DNA of 64,000 bases, from IMG/VR virus record IMGVR_UViG_3300006133_000325; one strand, written 5' to 3'. The DNA is from a virus. Lineage: Duplodnaviria; Caudoviricetes. Positions 48,079-58,060 of the stretch are shown here, piece after piece (positions within the stretch are counted from its first letter, which is position 1; every line of letters begins with the position of its first letter). Position numbers and translations under genes: made by a program. Below the pieces are notes generated by a model. It saw only the letters and a list, made by a program, of their open reading frames with translations, ran no database searches and was not told where the DNA came from.

Positions 48079-49050
48079 CTAATATTCAGTAATATCTTCC
48101 TCTATTTCCGGAATTTCGATAAACTGTGCTAATAATCCTTCATGATAAAATACTTTATCATTTTCCGTAATATCTTCTTTTAAAAACCTTCTGATTACAA
48201 ACGGCAACATATAATTATCTAAACATTTAAACTCAATATCTTTTTCTCCATTTTCTTTTATAATCTCTTTATAAAATCCTTCTGTTCCATGAATTACATA
48301 AAGGCGAAACAGTTCTACTCTAAATGGAACTGGAATAAGACAATCATTTCCATAAATCATATTATTTATATTTTTCTTGATCCAGCTTACAAGTAAATAA
48401 TTTAACCCATCCTCCCTATCAGAAACATCTATTACAATTTCATCGTTAGAGAAAAATACTACTCTATCAATTGAAATTACTTCTTTTAAGTGTATTAAAA
48501 GTTGATCCATTATATATTTCTCATAGGTAATATGCCTTTTTGGATTACAGTTTCCCAAAATCACCTGGCGAATATATTTGCTGTTTATAATATGCTGATT
48601 TAGAGTATATCTCCCAATAAATTCTTCCCATGTATCCGCGTTACCAAAAATTTCAGAACTATAATTCTGCAAAGCTGAAAAATTCGCTTTTCTCATATCA
48701 ATGCTAATAAAACACTTTCCATTATTAGAAGGCTTAAATATGTCCTTACTCGGAAGATCTATATGTGTAATCCGGTACTTATTCATGTCTTCCTCATTAA
48801 AACGTTTATAGGAGCTTGATTCTTTAATGGATAAAATAGCAGAATCTTTTATACGATTATATTCTTCAAAGTAATCTTGCTCACAATGATACTTCTCTAA
48901 CTCACTTACAAACAGATTCCATTTTTCATTTGTTCCATAAAATTTATCATATAACTTTATCCTGTCACTAAAATATGGCTCCTGGAAAATACGTAACGGA
49001 ATATTACAATCTTTGCAAAAGCGTTGTTTTGCTACTACAGATACTTCCAT
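48079..49050 (-). CDS. Hypothetical protein with polymerase-palm-like acidic motifs
   Basis: FISIDMRKANFSAL and FFSNDEIVID. Confidence 0.7.
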   Translation of the reverse strand: MEVSVVAKQRFCKDCNIPLRIFQEPYFSDRIKLYDKFYGTNEKWNLFVSELEKYHCEQDYFEEYNRIKDSAILSIKESSSYKRFNEEDMNKYRITHIDLPSKDIFKPSNNGKCFISIDMRKANFSALQNYSSEIFGNADTWEEFIGRYTLNQHIINSKYIRQVILGNCNPKRHITYEKYIMDQLLIHLKEVISIDRVVFFSNDEIVIDVSDREDGLNYLLVSWIKKNINNMIYGNDCLIPVPFRVELFRLYVIHGTEGFYKEIIKENGEKDIEFKCLDNYMLPFVIRRFLKEDITENDKVFYHEGLLAQFIEIPEIEEDITEY

Positions 49051-49104
49051 TTTAAATATCCCCCTTTATAATTCTTTCATTTACATATATTTTAGACTCA
49101 TATA

Positions 49105-49626
49105 CTAATTCTTCATTTCTAAAATTTCATTTAACGTTTTTGGAAAGAATCCAATAATATCTACCCCTACATTATAAGCATTTTTAACCTTAGACATATA
49201 TTGATTCGTTTCATTGTTAAAGTTATTATGAATATGCCCGTAAAAATGTAGAACATTTCTATAATAACCATTCCATTCCACCATTGGATAATGACAACAA
49301 ACAATTTGCCTTCCGTTATCTTGAACCATCTTTATATCAACAATTTCAACAAAATACTTTTCACAATCAGGGCTTTTCAACAATTTACCATCATGATTCC
49401 CTACTATTAAATGTTTTCGCCCTTTTAACTGTTTAAGGTAAGAAATCGGATCTTTGCCTTTATAGGAAAAGTCGCCTAATATATAAATATCATCATTATC
49501 TGCAACCCTACTATTCCAATTATTGATAATAACCTCATCCATTTCTTCTACTGTATTAAATGGTCTGTTAGATAACTTACGAATATTGTCATGTCCCAAA
49601 TGTGTATCTGCTATATAGTAATTCAT
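49105..49626 (-). CDS. Calcineurin-like phosphoesterase (phage type)
   Basis: ADTHLGH, LGDF, GNHD, CHYP, GHIH, NVGVD. Confidence 0.92.
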   Translation of the reverse strand: MNYYIADTHLGHDNIRKLSNRPFNTVEEMDEVIINNWNSRVADNDDIYILGDFSYKGKDPISYLKQLKGRKHLIVGNHDGKLLKSPDCEKYFVEIVDIKMVQDNGRQIVCCHYPMVEWNGYYRNVLHFYGHIHNNFNNETNQYMSKVKNAYNVGVDIIGFFPKTLNEILEMKN

Positions 49627-50204
49627 TTAACTACCTCCTCATAAAATGTAAGTTTCATTTCTACTTATTTCGTTTTCTTCTTCCTAATCTAAACTAGTAT
49701 AAATATCATATATATGTAGCTGAAACCCCACATTGTTTTTACAGGATAAACAATTCTTAATTTCTCCTTTATTTTCTTATCTCTTTTCTCTAGTAACCCA
49801 ACAATATCTTTTATTGGTGTATTCATATCTTTCTAATTCATACTTCACCAACCTACCCTCCACATTCACAATCCAGAACTGCTATATCTATCTCATAAGC
49901 ATTCCATCCATACTTTGTATTTTTTTATATGCCAATAAATGCACATATGTCATACATTTTTCTCCATGTCATAATAATTTTTATAAATATCTTGTGTTAT
50001 ATCTGTATTTATTATATACTTCTGTGAAAAATTTTTCACCACTAGTATATTTCCGTAGAACCATTACTACGATTTTACTCATAGGTTCTTTCATTTCTGG
50101 TAAATTCATAAAAATTAATTCTTCCTTATTTTTTATTTTATATTTGCATTCTCCTTCTATTGTGTTATAATAGTAATAATCATTTTATAAGGGAGGCTTG
50201 ATTT

Positions 50205-50342
50205 ATGCCAAATATAATTATGGCAATATGTCCAAAGTGTAAAAAGGAAGCTCGCGGGAAAGATGAAATAGACAAGTTGTTTGGATGGCGAACAATAAAT
50301 GGAAAAACAGTCCCCCAATCACAATGCAAAAAATGCAGATAA
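50205..50342 (+). CDS. Small Zn-finger protein (45 aa), autonomous moron
   Basis: MPNIIMAICPKCKK...FGWR...QSQCKKCR; GGGAGG RBS; TTGCAT-16-TATAAT promoter with extended -10; downstream hairpin AATCAAGAGGCTGTT...AATAGTCTCTTGATT. Confidence 0.7.
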   Translation: MPNIIMAICPKCKKEARGKDEIDKLFGWRTINGKTVPQSQCKKCR

Positions 50343-50498
50343 CTATAGCATGTTGCTACCAGATTTTTACAAATCAAGAGGCTGTTTATATAATAGTCTC
50401 TTGATTATATAATTTTTTTAATAAATATTACTGAAGGCATTATTCCGAACATCTATTAAAATCAGATACTCCTTTTTATTAGATCCTTCTTATAATCT

Positions 50499-51195
50499 TT
50501 ATATTCTGTTATCCTTCATTCTCTCCTTTGCTATATCAAACCATTTCTTTTCTTTTTCTATTCCAATAAAATTTCTTCCTAGCTTCAACGCTGCCACACC
50601 TGTTGTTCCTGTTCCCATTGTAAAATCTAAAATTGTATCACCTTCATTTGTCCAGATGGTTACACATCTTTCCATAAGTTGCAATGGTTTTTGCGTCGGA
50701 TGCCCCATTCCTTTCTGGACTCCATGGAACAATAGGCGAAATATCATACCAAACATTTGTAAGCGCTCTACATTCTTGTCCGTTCTTCCTTCCCATTCCT
50801 CCTGTTTTCTTTGGAATATTAGAATAGATTTTTTGATATGTAGGAGTTTTTCCTTTGCAATACCACAAGATATCTTCTCTTGTAGAAACAAAATTCTTTT
50901 TCGAGCCACGTCCTTTAATTCTGTCCCATACAATCCAATTTTGCATAATAAATTTCTCATCCAACAAACATTTTGTATCGGCTACATTAGACCAACCCTG
51001 GAACAAAACTAAGTTTCCATTATCCTTTAATAAATTATAACATAGCTGTATAGCTATTGGCATATTAAAACTATTATCCCATTCTGTGTAATTGATATTA
51101 TAGGGTGGATCACAAATAATTGCTTCTACTTTCACTCCTTTTGCTATTAGTGATTTCATCACTTCAAAGCAATCTCCATTAAATAATTCCTGTAT
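50499..51195 (-). pseudogene. DNA methyltransferase (beta class), +1 frameshift in a G4 run; apparent ATA start
   Basis: ELFNGDCFE...ICDPPY in one frame; HPTQKP, LDFTMGTGTT in the next; shift at 50703-50706. Confidence 0.85.
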
Positions 51196-51588
51196 TTTAT
51201 CTCCCTCCTAAAACTTTACACCTACACAATATCTTTCATTAGTACAGGTATACTCATTATTATATTGGGCTTTATATAGATGCTCTGCCAGCAATGCACA
51301 ACAATTTGTGATAATTCTATTGCCTTCTTTTTTATTCACATACTGCTCTATAATAGCTCCTTTCTAATAATTTGCCTCATGCAACATCCCAATAGCCTTA
51401 TCCATTTTCTTTTCTGAAATCATCAATCTCAATGTTTGAAGAAGATAAATCAAATTCGACATCAACATCTGTTTCCTCTCCCTCTTTTACATCTTCCTCA
51501 ACCTTCTATTTCTTCATCTGTTGTACCATCATCAAATTCCATAATTTCTTCATGACTGCACGTAGGATACCCAGTTCCTAAATAAAAT

Positions 51589-52011
51589 TTAACCTTTCTC
51601 ATTTTCCTTATTTCCTCCCTCCAAAATCCCATGTATCGCCCTCAATTGTTCTAAGGAAATATCCCTTTGCAAACCGAATCTGAACCGCTGTTCAACCTCC
51701 ATAAACAGTCTGCTTTTCTCGTGCTTTTCCTCAATCTCATGCCTTTCCAGATAGAGAATGTAATCTACGCAGCAATCAGTTTTCTCAACAAATCTTTTAT
51801 AGTTTTTTCTATATTCAAACGTGGTTTCAAATCGAAATATTCCGTTTTGTTTCTTGTAAGCCTTTATGTATTTTCTCCCAACGGAAGTTATCTCCCATTC
51901 CTCAATGCACTGTTCAGGTGTCTTTCCTCTGCTTGCATTACCTGTCAGCTCAACATAAACCGTCTGACCGACTTTGAAATCTTTTATGTTCATGTCATAC
52001 CCCCACTTCAT
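51589..52011 (-). CDS. Hypothetical phage protein
   Basis: FKVGQTVYV...ITSVGRKY. Confidence 0.65.
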   Translation of the reverse strand: MKWGYDMNIKDFKVGQTVYVELTGNASRGKTPEQCIEEWEITSVGRKYIKAYKKQNGIFRFETTFEYRKNYKRFVEKTDCCVDYILYLERHEIEEKHEKSRLFMEVEQRFRFGLQRDISLEQLRAIHGILEGGNKENEKG

Positions 52012-52327
52012 CGTCAGCCGGAAACTGAAAATAGAAATTATCCAAAACTTCTACTCTTGGTTCGCTCATGCTCCAAACCCAATCATCGCTTCTCATTTTT
52101 GGCATTTCCTTTTGAATGGGTTCTTTTATTTTAATGTTTGGAGAGTAGGCATTTCTCAACATCTCCATAGCCTTATCCATTCTTTCAGTAGAAGAATAAA
52201 CCGCCATTTTGAACGGCTGTCCTGTGCCTGTATAGGCGTAAATCGTGTTGCAATCCATCATTTTCTCTAAAACTATATTTTCATACGGCAAATCGTACTT
52301 ACCCTTGTCCTGTGACAAAATCCTCAT
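51995..52327 (-). CDS. Hypothetical phage protein
   Basis: MRILSQD...DLPYE...FQFP; GGAGG RBS. Confidence 0.7.
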   Translation of the reverse strand: MRILSQDKGKYDLPYENIVLEKMMDCNTIYAYTGTGQPFKMAVYSSTERMDKAMEMLRNAYSPNIKIKEPIQKEMPKMRSDDWVWSMSEPRVEVLDNFYFQFPADDEVGV

Positions 52328-52347
52328 ATCGGTTAAGCCTCCTTAAT

Positions 52348-52635
52348 CTATTTCCAACCATACCTGCGTTTCATCTTCCGATATTTCTTCATGGCAAGTT
52401 TCATTTCTTTGTATGTAAGACCGACAGAATTATTTAACTTATCAGAATTAACACCCTCTTGATACGAAATAATCAAGTGTCTGCCGTTTGCCTTGTGGTA
52501 TATATCAAGCCTTTGATAATATCCAAACTGCTCAACTTTTCTTCTGTAATAAACTCCATATTTACTTTCTTCATCTTCTCCATGAAGTTTCACAAATCCA
52601 ATCTTTTCTAATTTCATATCAATGCTTTCAAACAT
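52348..52635 (-). CDS. Hypothetical phage protein
   Basis: ORF with RBS. Confidence 0.65.
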   Translation of the reverse strand: MFESIDMKLEKIGFVKLHGEDEESKYGVYYRRKVEQFGYYQRLDIYHKANGRHLIISYQEGVNSDKLNNSVGLTYKEMKLAMKKYRKMKRRYGWK

Positions 52636-52648
52636 TCTTAAATCCCTC

Positions 52649-53053
52649 CTATTTCAAATCATCAATTCTGAACACAATCCCTCTGCAATAAGGCTCTCCG
52701 CCCTCATAAATCATAAAGGTTTCGTGCGGTATCTCGGTTTCGTAAGTCCAGCAGATAGGCTTTCTGTTTTCCTCGTTTTCGCGCCACAACGCCTTTATAC
52801 AGTTGCTATAATTGTCAAATGCAGAACGGTCTGTTTCGTCCTGGCATACTTCCGTTTTATTGAAATAAACATTTCCTCCGTCAAAACAGCCGCCCTCGTC
52901 TTGTATCGCTCCCTCAAATTCCATAAGGTCATCAGAGCAACCATATACAATGACAAATCCGTTTTCTTTCGCTGTTTCGATTTCTTCTTTGGTAAACTGC
53001 GGATGGTCGTATTCTTTTCCGCTGATTGACTTTGCAAATTCTTTTATGTCCAT
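52649..53053 (-). CDS. Conserved hypothetical phage protein
   Basis: VIVYGCSDDLMEFEGAI...IPHETFMIYE...YCRGIVF. Confidence 0.75.
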   Translation of the reverse strand: MDIKEFAKSISGKEYDHPQFTKEEIETAKENGFVIVYGCSDDLMEFEGAIQDEGGCFDGGNVYFNKTEVCQDETDRSAFDNYSNCIKALWRENEENRKPICWTYETEIPHETFMIYEGGEPYCRGIVFRIDDLK

Positions 53054-53066
53054 GCGTTAAACCTCC

Positions 53067-53258
53067 TTAATCTGGAATTTCAAATGTAAATCCCATTTCT
53101 TCGCTGATTAAAACTGCATTTCCCATTTCAACAACAACCTTTTCGTGTGGGTCGCAATTCGCATTTACCCAATCAATGAGCGGCTGTACTGCTTTCTTAA
53201 ATTCTTCCATGTTTGGCATTTCTTTTCTATGTTCAATACACACTCTATCCATTCCCAA
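53067..53258 (-). CDS. Hypothetical phage protein
   Basis: PLIDWVNANCDPH. Confidence 0.6.
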   Translation of the reverse strand: MGMDRVCIEHRKEMPNMEEFKKAVQPLIDWVNANCDPHEKVVVEMGNAVLISEEMGFTFEIPD

Positions 53259-53322
53259 ATCCTCCTAACTCTCCAAGCAATAAACATTCTCCAAATTCAC
53301 AATCACAAAGCGGTTTTTCTCT

Positions 53323-53508
53323 TTAATCCTTTAGCAATCTTTTAGTAAGTTCCTCATTCAATTTCCTGCTCTCCGATATTTCCTTTTCAAGCTTTTTAAT
53401 CCGTTCCTCATACTGTTCTCTTTCTTTTTTATCCATGTGTACATATTCTGTTTTTGTTGAACAATTACAGTTACAAGCTCCACAATTACTCCCATCACAA
53501 CTAGGCAT
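53323..53508 (-). CDS. Cys-rich peptide with C-terminal coiled coil; candidate radical-SAM substrate
   Basis: MPSCDGSNCGACNCNCS...; overlaps the stop of the SPASM gene; GGAGG RBS. Confidence 0.7.
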   Translation of the reverse strand: MPSCDGSNCGACNCNCSTKTEYVHMDKKEREQYEERIKKLEKEISESRKLNEELTKRLLKD

Positions 53509-54508
53509 TTTTATTCCTCCATTTCTTCAACATATAAAGAATTACCGCTTTCAAAATATCGCAAGTATAATTCTTATTGATTTCCTTGTTATTCTCTTTG
53601 CAGCCGCCACCGCAAATATCGCTTATAGGACAACCCTTACATTTTTCTGGCAATGAATAGTTATATCCAAGCCGATATTTCTTCTGTTTCTTAAATTCCT
53701 CTACAATGCTTTTATCATCAAAAATATTGCAGATTTTTTCTCCATAAACTGTTGTTTGACAAGGGAAAATATCTCCGTTCACATATATTGCAATCAATTT
53801 CTCTCCTGCTGTGCAACCCTCGTAACTTGAATTTATGCTGATATTGGAAAATTTCATTTTGTTGTAAATGTCATATCCTTTATTGCAAAGAATATCTATA
53901 ACCGAAATCATCTTCTCGACAATCAAATCCAATGGCATTTCCCCGCAAAAGAAATGGTCTAAATAAATCCCCCAGTTCAAATCCCTGTCAGCTATCCATT
54001 CCGCCAATTTTTCAATATCCGAAAAGCTGTTCTTATCAATGACGGTAGAAATATCAATGTTTCTATTCTTGTTTCCAATCAGTCTCTCTATGTTTTCTTT
54101 CACGATTTCAGCAGATGATTTTCCGTTATGGAATGGTTTGGAATAAGAAAATCCGTCAAGTGAAACGCCAAAACTGTATCTCGTATCTTTGAAGTATTTC
54201 AGCATTTCGTCTGTCAGAATAGTTAAATTTGTAATAACGCTTACATGACCGTTTCCGTTCGCCTTATCAATAAATTCTTCTGCGTGTGAAATCCATTTAT
54301 CAAATACAGTTAGCGGCTCTCCACCTGCAAGCCTATAAATAACAGTTTTCTTTTCTCCGCTCTCAAGCATTTTCAAGAAAACATCATTTATCCTTTGATA
54401 TGTACCGCTTTTCATATCCTCATTTCCTTGTTTCACATAACAATAAGGACATTTCAGATTGCACCTTGTTGTAGTGAAAATCCAAGGGGAAATATAACTC
54501 ATTTCCAA
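53501..54508 (-). CDS. Radical SAM/SPASM-domain peptide/protein maturase
   Basis: RCNLKCPYC, GGEPL, TNLT, GVSLDG; SPASM GCTAG...GDIFPC...CKGCPISDICGGGC...C. Confidence 0.9.
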   Translation of the reverse strand: MEMSYISPWIFTTTRCNLKCPYCYVKQGNEDMKSGTYQRINDVFLKMLESGEKKTVIYRLAGGEPLTVFDKWISHAEEFIDKANGNGHVSVITNLTILTDEMLKYFKDTRYSFGVSLDGFSYSKPFHNGKSSAEIVKENIERLIGNKNRNIDISTVIDKNSFSDIEKLAEWIADRDLNWGIYLDHFFCGEMPLDLIVEKMISVIDILCNKGYDIYNKMKFSNISINSSYEGCTAGEKLIAIYVNGDIFPCQTTVYGEKICNIFDDKSIVEEFKKQKKYRLGYNYSLPEKCKGCPISDICGGGCKENNKEINKNYTCDILKAVILYMLKKWRNKNA

Positions 54509-54565
54509 ATTCCTCCAATCTCATATTATTTGCGGACTTCCCATGAAAGAAAGTCCGCTGTGTGG

Positions 54566-54742
54566 CTACCTCCAATGCGTAGGCGTGTAATAAACATACA
54601 TACTTCCATCTGGAAAGAACCATAACCTCCCTCTGCGTTTTAGTTTCTGCACATTCCTACGTCCTTTGCCATCATCAATCTTTGTTTCAACAACGGTTTC
54701 TTCCGGCGGTAACTGTTCTGATACTTTTATCCAATCACTCAT
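54566..54742 (-). CDS. DUF551-like small phage protein (58 aa)
   Basis: MSDWIKVSEQLP...PTHWR. Confidence 0.65.
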   Translation of the reverse strand: MSDWIKVSEQLPPEETVVETKIDDGKGRRNVQKLKRRGRLWFFPDGSMYVYYTPTHWR

Positions 54743-54745
54743 AAT

Positions 54746-55132
54746 TTACCCCAACTCATCCAACATCTTTTCAAGTTCCTCAATAGACTTGCCCTGCAAC
54801 GCTTCGTCTTGCTTGCTCGCTAGAATGGACATGATTTTTTGTTTCTGTTCCTTGCGCTCCTTTGCCATTTCGACGGCTTTCTTTTCTTCCAGCTTCACGG
54901 ACACAATATACTTGATAATCTCAATCTGCACCGCCAGTTCTTCGTCCTCGCTGGTCTTAACCTCCAGAAGGCTTTCTTCCTGTGCCTGTTTTGCTTTTGC
55001 GTTCAGTGACTTGTAGATTTTGTCAAGTTCCGTTACAGACAAATCCCATAAGTCCTCAACCGTTGCCAATCCTTTGAACGGAAACCGCATTTTCTCCCTG
55101 CTTGCCTTGATAAACATTTCTTCTCTGCTCAT
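54746..55132 (-). CDS. Conserved hypothetical phage protein
   Basis: KMRFPFKGLATVEDLWDL; coiled coil. Confidence 0.75.
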   Translation of the reverse strand: MSREEMFIKASREKMRFPFKGLATVEDLWDLSVTELDKIYKSLNAKAKQAQEESLLEVKTSEDEELAVQIEIIKYIVSVKLEEKKAVEMAKERKEQKQKIMSILASKQDEALQGKSIEELEKMLDELG

Positions 55133-55157
55133 AATTTTTATTCCTCGCTTTCTTTAT

Positions 55158-55424
55158 TTATTGTGTTTCCACGACGTTCAAAATCTTTTCAACTGCCTTT
55201 TCCCAGAATATGCGAACAAAATCGTCAAGCGTTGCAAACTCTTTATCATCAGTAAGACCTATTTCGTCAGCACTTCTCATGATGGTTTTCATTCCTGACT
55301 TGTCCATTTCTTCTAATGTGTCATGCACAAGTTCGGAAACAATTTCTTCTGTACCGCTGTATTCACATCCAAGAGAACAGGTTTCTCTAAGTTCTTCCAT
55401 GTCTTTCTTGCTTAATTTTCCCAT
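55158..55424 (-). CDS. Hypothetical protein
   Basis: ORF with AAGGA RBS. Confidence 0.6.
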   Translation of the reverse strand: MGKLSKKDMEELRETCSLGCEYSGTEEIVSELVHDTLEEMDKSGMKTIMRSADEIGLTDDKEFATLDDFVRIFWEKAVEKILNVVETQ

Positions 55425-55438
55425 TTTTATTTCCTTTC

Positions 55439-57490
55439 TTAAAACTTCACTTTGACAACCCTCTCGCTTGCTCCCCTGACCTTTACAACTAGGTCATTCC
55501 GCTTTGTTGCCGAAAATCCAACGCCGGATAATTGGTCTGCCACATCTTCAACGTGCATTTTGCTTCCAAGTGCTTCAAACACACGCTTATGCTCCGTCAG
55601 TTCGTTTTTCAGAAATTCGTTATAAAAGCCATTGGGCATTTCCTCATTGATACAGCCTTTCAACATGAATAAGTAATGCCTATGCCCGATTCCGTCCTGC
55701 TCATCCCAATAATTCGGGGAATACATGATAACCGATACCGGAACAAACTGATTTGTCTTTACGCCCCACACTTCCCTTACGGACATATTAGACGGCAACA
55801 GTTCCTTGATTGAGAAATTCTGTCCGTCAAAAGTTACTTCTGCAACTGGCACATTCTCATTCTGCCGCAACTCTTTCTGATAATCGAAACGGTAAATGTT
55901 TCCGTCACACTCAATCTCCGCCCGAAAACCGTTCTTGCCGCCACGGTTAGCGAACTGATGAACAAAGAATAGATACTTGCCTTTCTGCATGGTGTTCTTG
56001 CTCGCCCATGTGATATTTTCAACAGCAGGAGTATTCTTGTTGGGGTTAGTTATGTCAATATCAAGTTCTCCCTTTGTCCAGCTTCTCTTATGGCTATACA
56101 TAATTTCCTCGCCGCTCGGTTCTTTACAATGTGCGTCAAGGTCGTTTCTATCCCAATCGCCCATATCGTTCCACTGGATCGAGAAACGCAAAACTCCGTC
56201 TACTGCGCCGCCTGCTGACTTCACATTTTCCCGAATATCGCTGTCTGTGATGTTTCCGGCATACGCCCAAGAAAAGCCATTATTCCATTTGAACATTGTA
56301 GGCGCATCCGCATTTTTCGGTGCAATCAGCGACACCATGTTTGATGAATGTCTGTTTTCAAGGAATACTTCAATTTCTTTTGCTGTAGGCAGCACATTTT
56401 TCACAAAATCTTCTGCCGATACTTCCTCAGCCTTAGAAAACTTCTTCGGGTTGACTGCAATATCCTTTTCCATACTTGCAAACACATCATCTGCGCCCGA
56501 TATGCGCCGCTGCGCATCCTTATTTGAGAAAAGAATGTTGTTGATAGAAATATCATCAAGCGCGGCGAATCTGCGCTCTAAGGACGGCATATATCCTAAT
56601 TCCTCAATCTTTTTCTTTGCCTCCTCCAACATCTTCTTTGTAAAGATTGCCTTTGGACGCTTGTAATTTGCCGGAGCGACAATCTGCTCATATTTCTTAA
56701 CTGCCGTGTCTAACTCCATTCCCTCGCTGATATTAACAAGCAGTGTTCCGATACTGTGATTCCTTATCCTGCCAATAGCGGCTCCTGCGGCAATAGATTT
56801 CTCCCATGCGAAGCTTTCCTTTTCCTCTGCCGCTGTCAGTTTGTCGTAGGCTTTCTTGTACCTCAAAAACTCTGTTAAAACGGCTTTCCATTCCTCACCC
56901 TTGTAAAGAGAGTTCTGTGAAATCAACTCCAATACAGTCATAATACTTTCTTCTGAAATTTCATCCAGTGACCGTTTGAACACATTCCTTGTGTCTCTAA
57001 ATGTCCCTTTAATGTCGCCTGCGGAACGCCGCTTGCCAAAAACAAACTTGTCCGGCAATTCCAGATAAAAATGCTCGTAGGTGTTAATCTTTCCGTTTTC
57101 AAGCTGCTCATGGTTCTTGTCTGTACCGATTTTCTTCTCTTGGCTGACATACACATCCGTAACCGCATGGGATTCTATGTAGTTTGCCATAGCGTTTGCA
57201 ACAGTCTGAAATGCCGGGTCATCTATTGCCATATCCCATATAGAGTAGACTGTGTTGTTTTTGATAACTACCGCATTTCCGATAGCCTTAATGAAGTGCC
57301 TGCAACAGCTACAATCGTATTCCCTGCGTTCTCTATAAATCTCGTTCGTTCCTGCCGGAAAGCTGTCCAGATACAGATTCCACAGCTCGTCCTTGTCTAC
57401 CGCAACCTCAAACAAATGTGTTGCGTCCTTTGTTATCTCTGCAAAACGCTTTTGCAGTGCTTTCTTAAATTCATTAAATTCCATTGACAA
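55439..57490 (-). CDS. Large conserved hypothetical phage protein with YfaP/DUF2135-like C-terminal region
   Basis: [11 protein letters not shown]; RFSIQWN...DLDAHC...LDID...VENITW. Confidence 0.75.
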   Translation of the reverse strand: MSMEFNEFKKALQKRFAEITKDATHLFEVAVDKDELWNLYLDSFPAGTNEIYRERREYDCSCCRHFIKAIGNAVVIKNNTVYSIWDMAIDDPAFQTVANAMANYIESHAVTDVYVSQEKKIGTDKNHEQLENGKINTYEHFYLELPDKFVFGKRRSAGDIKGTFRDTRNVFKRSLDEISEESIMTVLELISQNSLYKGEEWKAVLTEFLRYKKAYDKLTAAEEKESFAWEKSIAAGAAIGRIRNHSIGTLLVNISEGMELDTAVKKYEQIVAPANYKRPKAIFTKKMLEEAKKKIEELGYMPSLERRFAALDDISINNILFSNKDAQRRISGADDVFASMEKDIAVNPKKFSKAEEVSAEDFVKNVLPTAKEIEVFLENRHSSNMVSLIAPKNADAPTMFKWNNGFSWAYAGNITDSDIRENVKSAGGAVDGVLRFSIQWNDMGDWDRNDLDAHCKEPSGEEIMYSHKRSWTKGELDIDITNPNKNTPAVENITWASKNTMQKGKYLFFVHQFANRGGKNGFRAEIECDGNIYRFDYQKELRQNENVPVAEVTFDGQNFSIKELLPSNMSVREVWGVKTNQFVPVSVIMYSPNYWDEQDGIGHRHYLFMLKGCINEEMPNGFYNEFLKNELTEHKRVFEALGSKMHVEDVADQLSGVGFSATKRNDLVVKVRGASERVVKVKF

Positions 57491-57527
57491 AATCCTCCTT
57501 GAATTTGATATATGTTGATTTTTATTG

Positions 57528-57743
57528 CTACCTAAAGAACAAAAGGTATATTGCGCTTGCGAAAATTCCGATTATATCAATCACTACAAGAAAAGAAAGA
57601 AATATGGCTGATTTGGGAAAATACCCTTTATCAAATGTGATTTTGAACGCTTCTCTTGGGTTTTGAGAAAGCCAGCTTTTGTACAGAAAAACATAAATCG
57701 CAGTTACCATAACTGCCAAAACTGTCAATTTTACAATAATCAT
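57528..57743 (-). CDS. Small two-TM membrane protein
   Basis: Two hydrophobic segments; GGAGG RBS. Confidence 0.65.
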   Translation of the reverse strand: MIIVKLTVLAVMVTAIYVFLYKSWLSQNPREAFKITFDKGYFPKSAIFLSFLVVIDIIGIFASAIYLLFFR

Positions 57744-57744
57744 G

Positions 57745-58060
57745 TTATCCCTCCACTTTCATAAAATCTGGAAGCTCCTGTTCGCCCTCAACTTTAAAAG
57801 GCTCTTTCTCTTTTGCCTGTGCCTTTGGCATGGTCGGCGGTGCTGGCTTTTCTTCGATTTCCTGGAACGGTACGGAATTGGCGCTTTGTTCAATCTCATA
57901 CGCCACATCTTCTGCGACAATATCCACGTTCTCAAATTCCTCGTCACGCTCATATTCATTCGCAACGTCTGGATCCCCGTGCGTGCGGATAATGTGCTTA
58001 ATCAGACGGTTTTTAACGGTCTTTTCGCACATCTGGTCTGTAAATTTCTGGTGTGTTCTG
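57745..58060 (-). pseudogene. RecT-like C-terminal remnant
   Basis: THQKFTDQMCEKTVKNRLIKHII followed by an acidic tail ending LPDFM; no N-terminal part. Confidence 0.6.

Noticed and set aside
33232-49658. ATGAAA-N6-TTTCAT-like inverted motif at gene boundaries as cassette recombination sites
   Set aside because: Only two convincing copies (about 33232 and 49641) in very AT-rich DNA; needs a motif search to exceed chance.
49630-50170. + strand ORF 49733..50170 as a membrane protein
   Set aside because: Low-complexity translation of AT-rich, decayed minus-strand coding DNA; it overlaps the promoter of the Zn-finger gene.
54420-54623. Listed 67-aa ORF as a leader peptide for the SPASM enzyme
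   Set aside because: It overlaps out of frame a better-supported DUF551-like gene (54566..54742), a hairpin and the SPASM start.
55977-56666. Long + strand ORFs opposite real genes (e.g. 55977..56666, 42246..42686, 40677..41045, 51667..52134, 22686..23075)
   Set aside because: Shadow ORFs antisense to well-supported genes, with no recognisable motifs.
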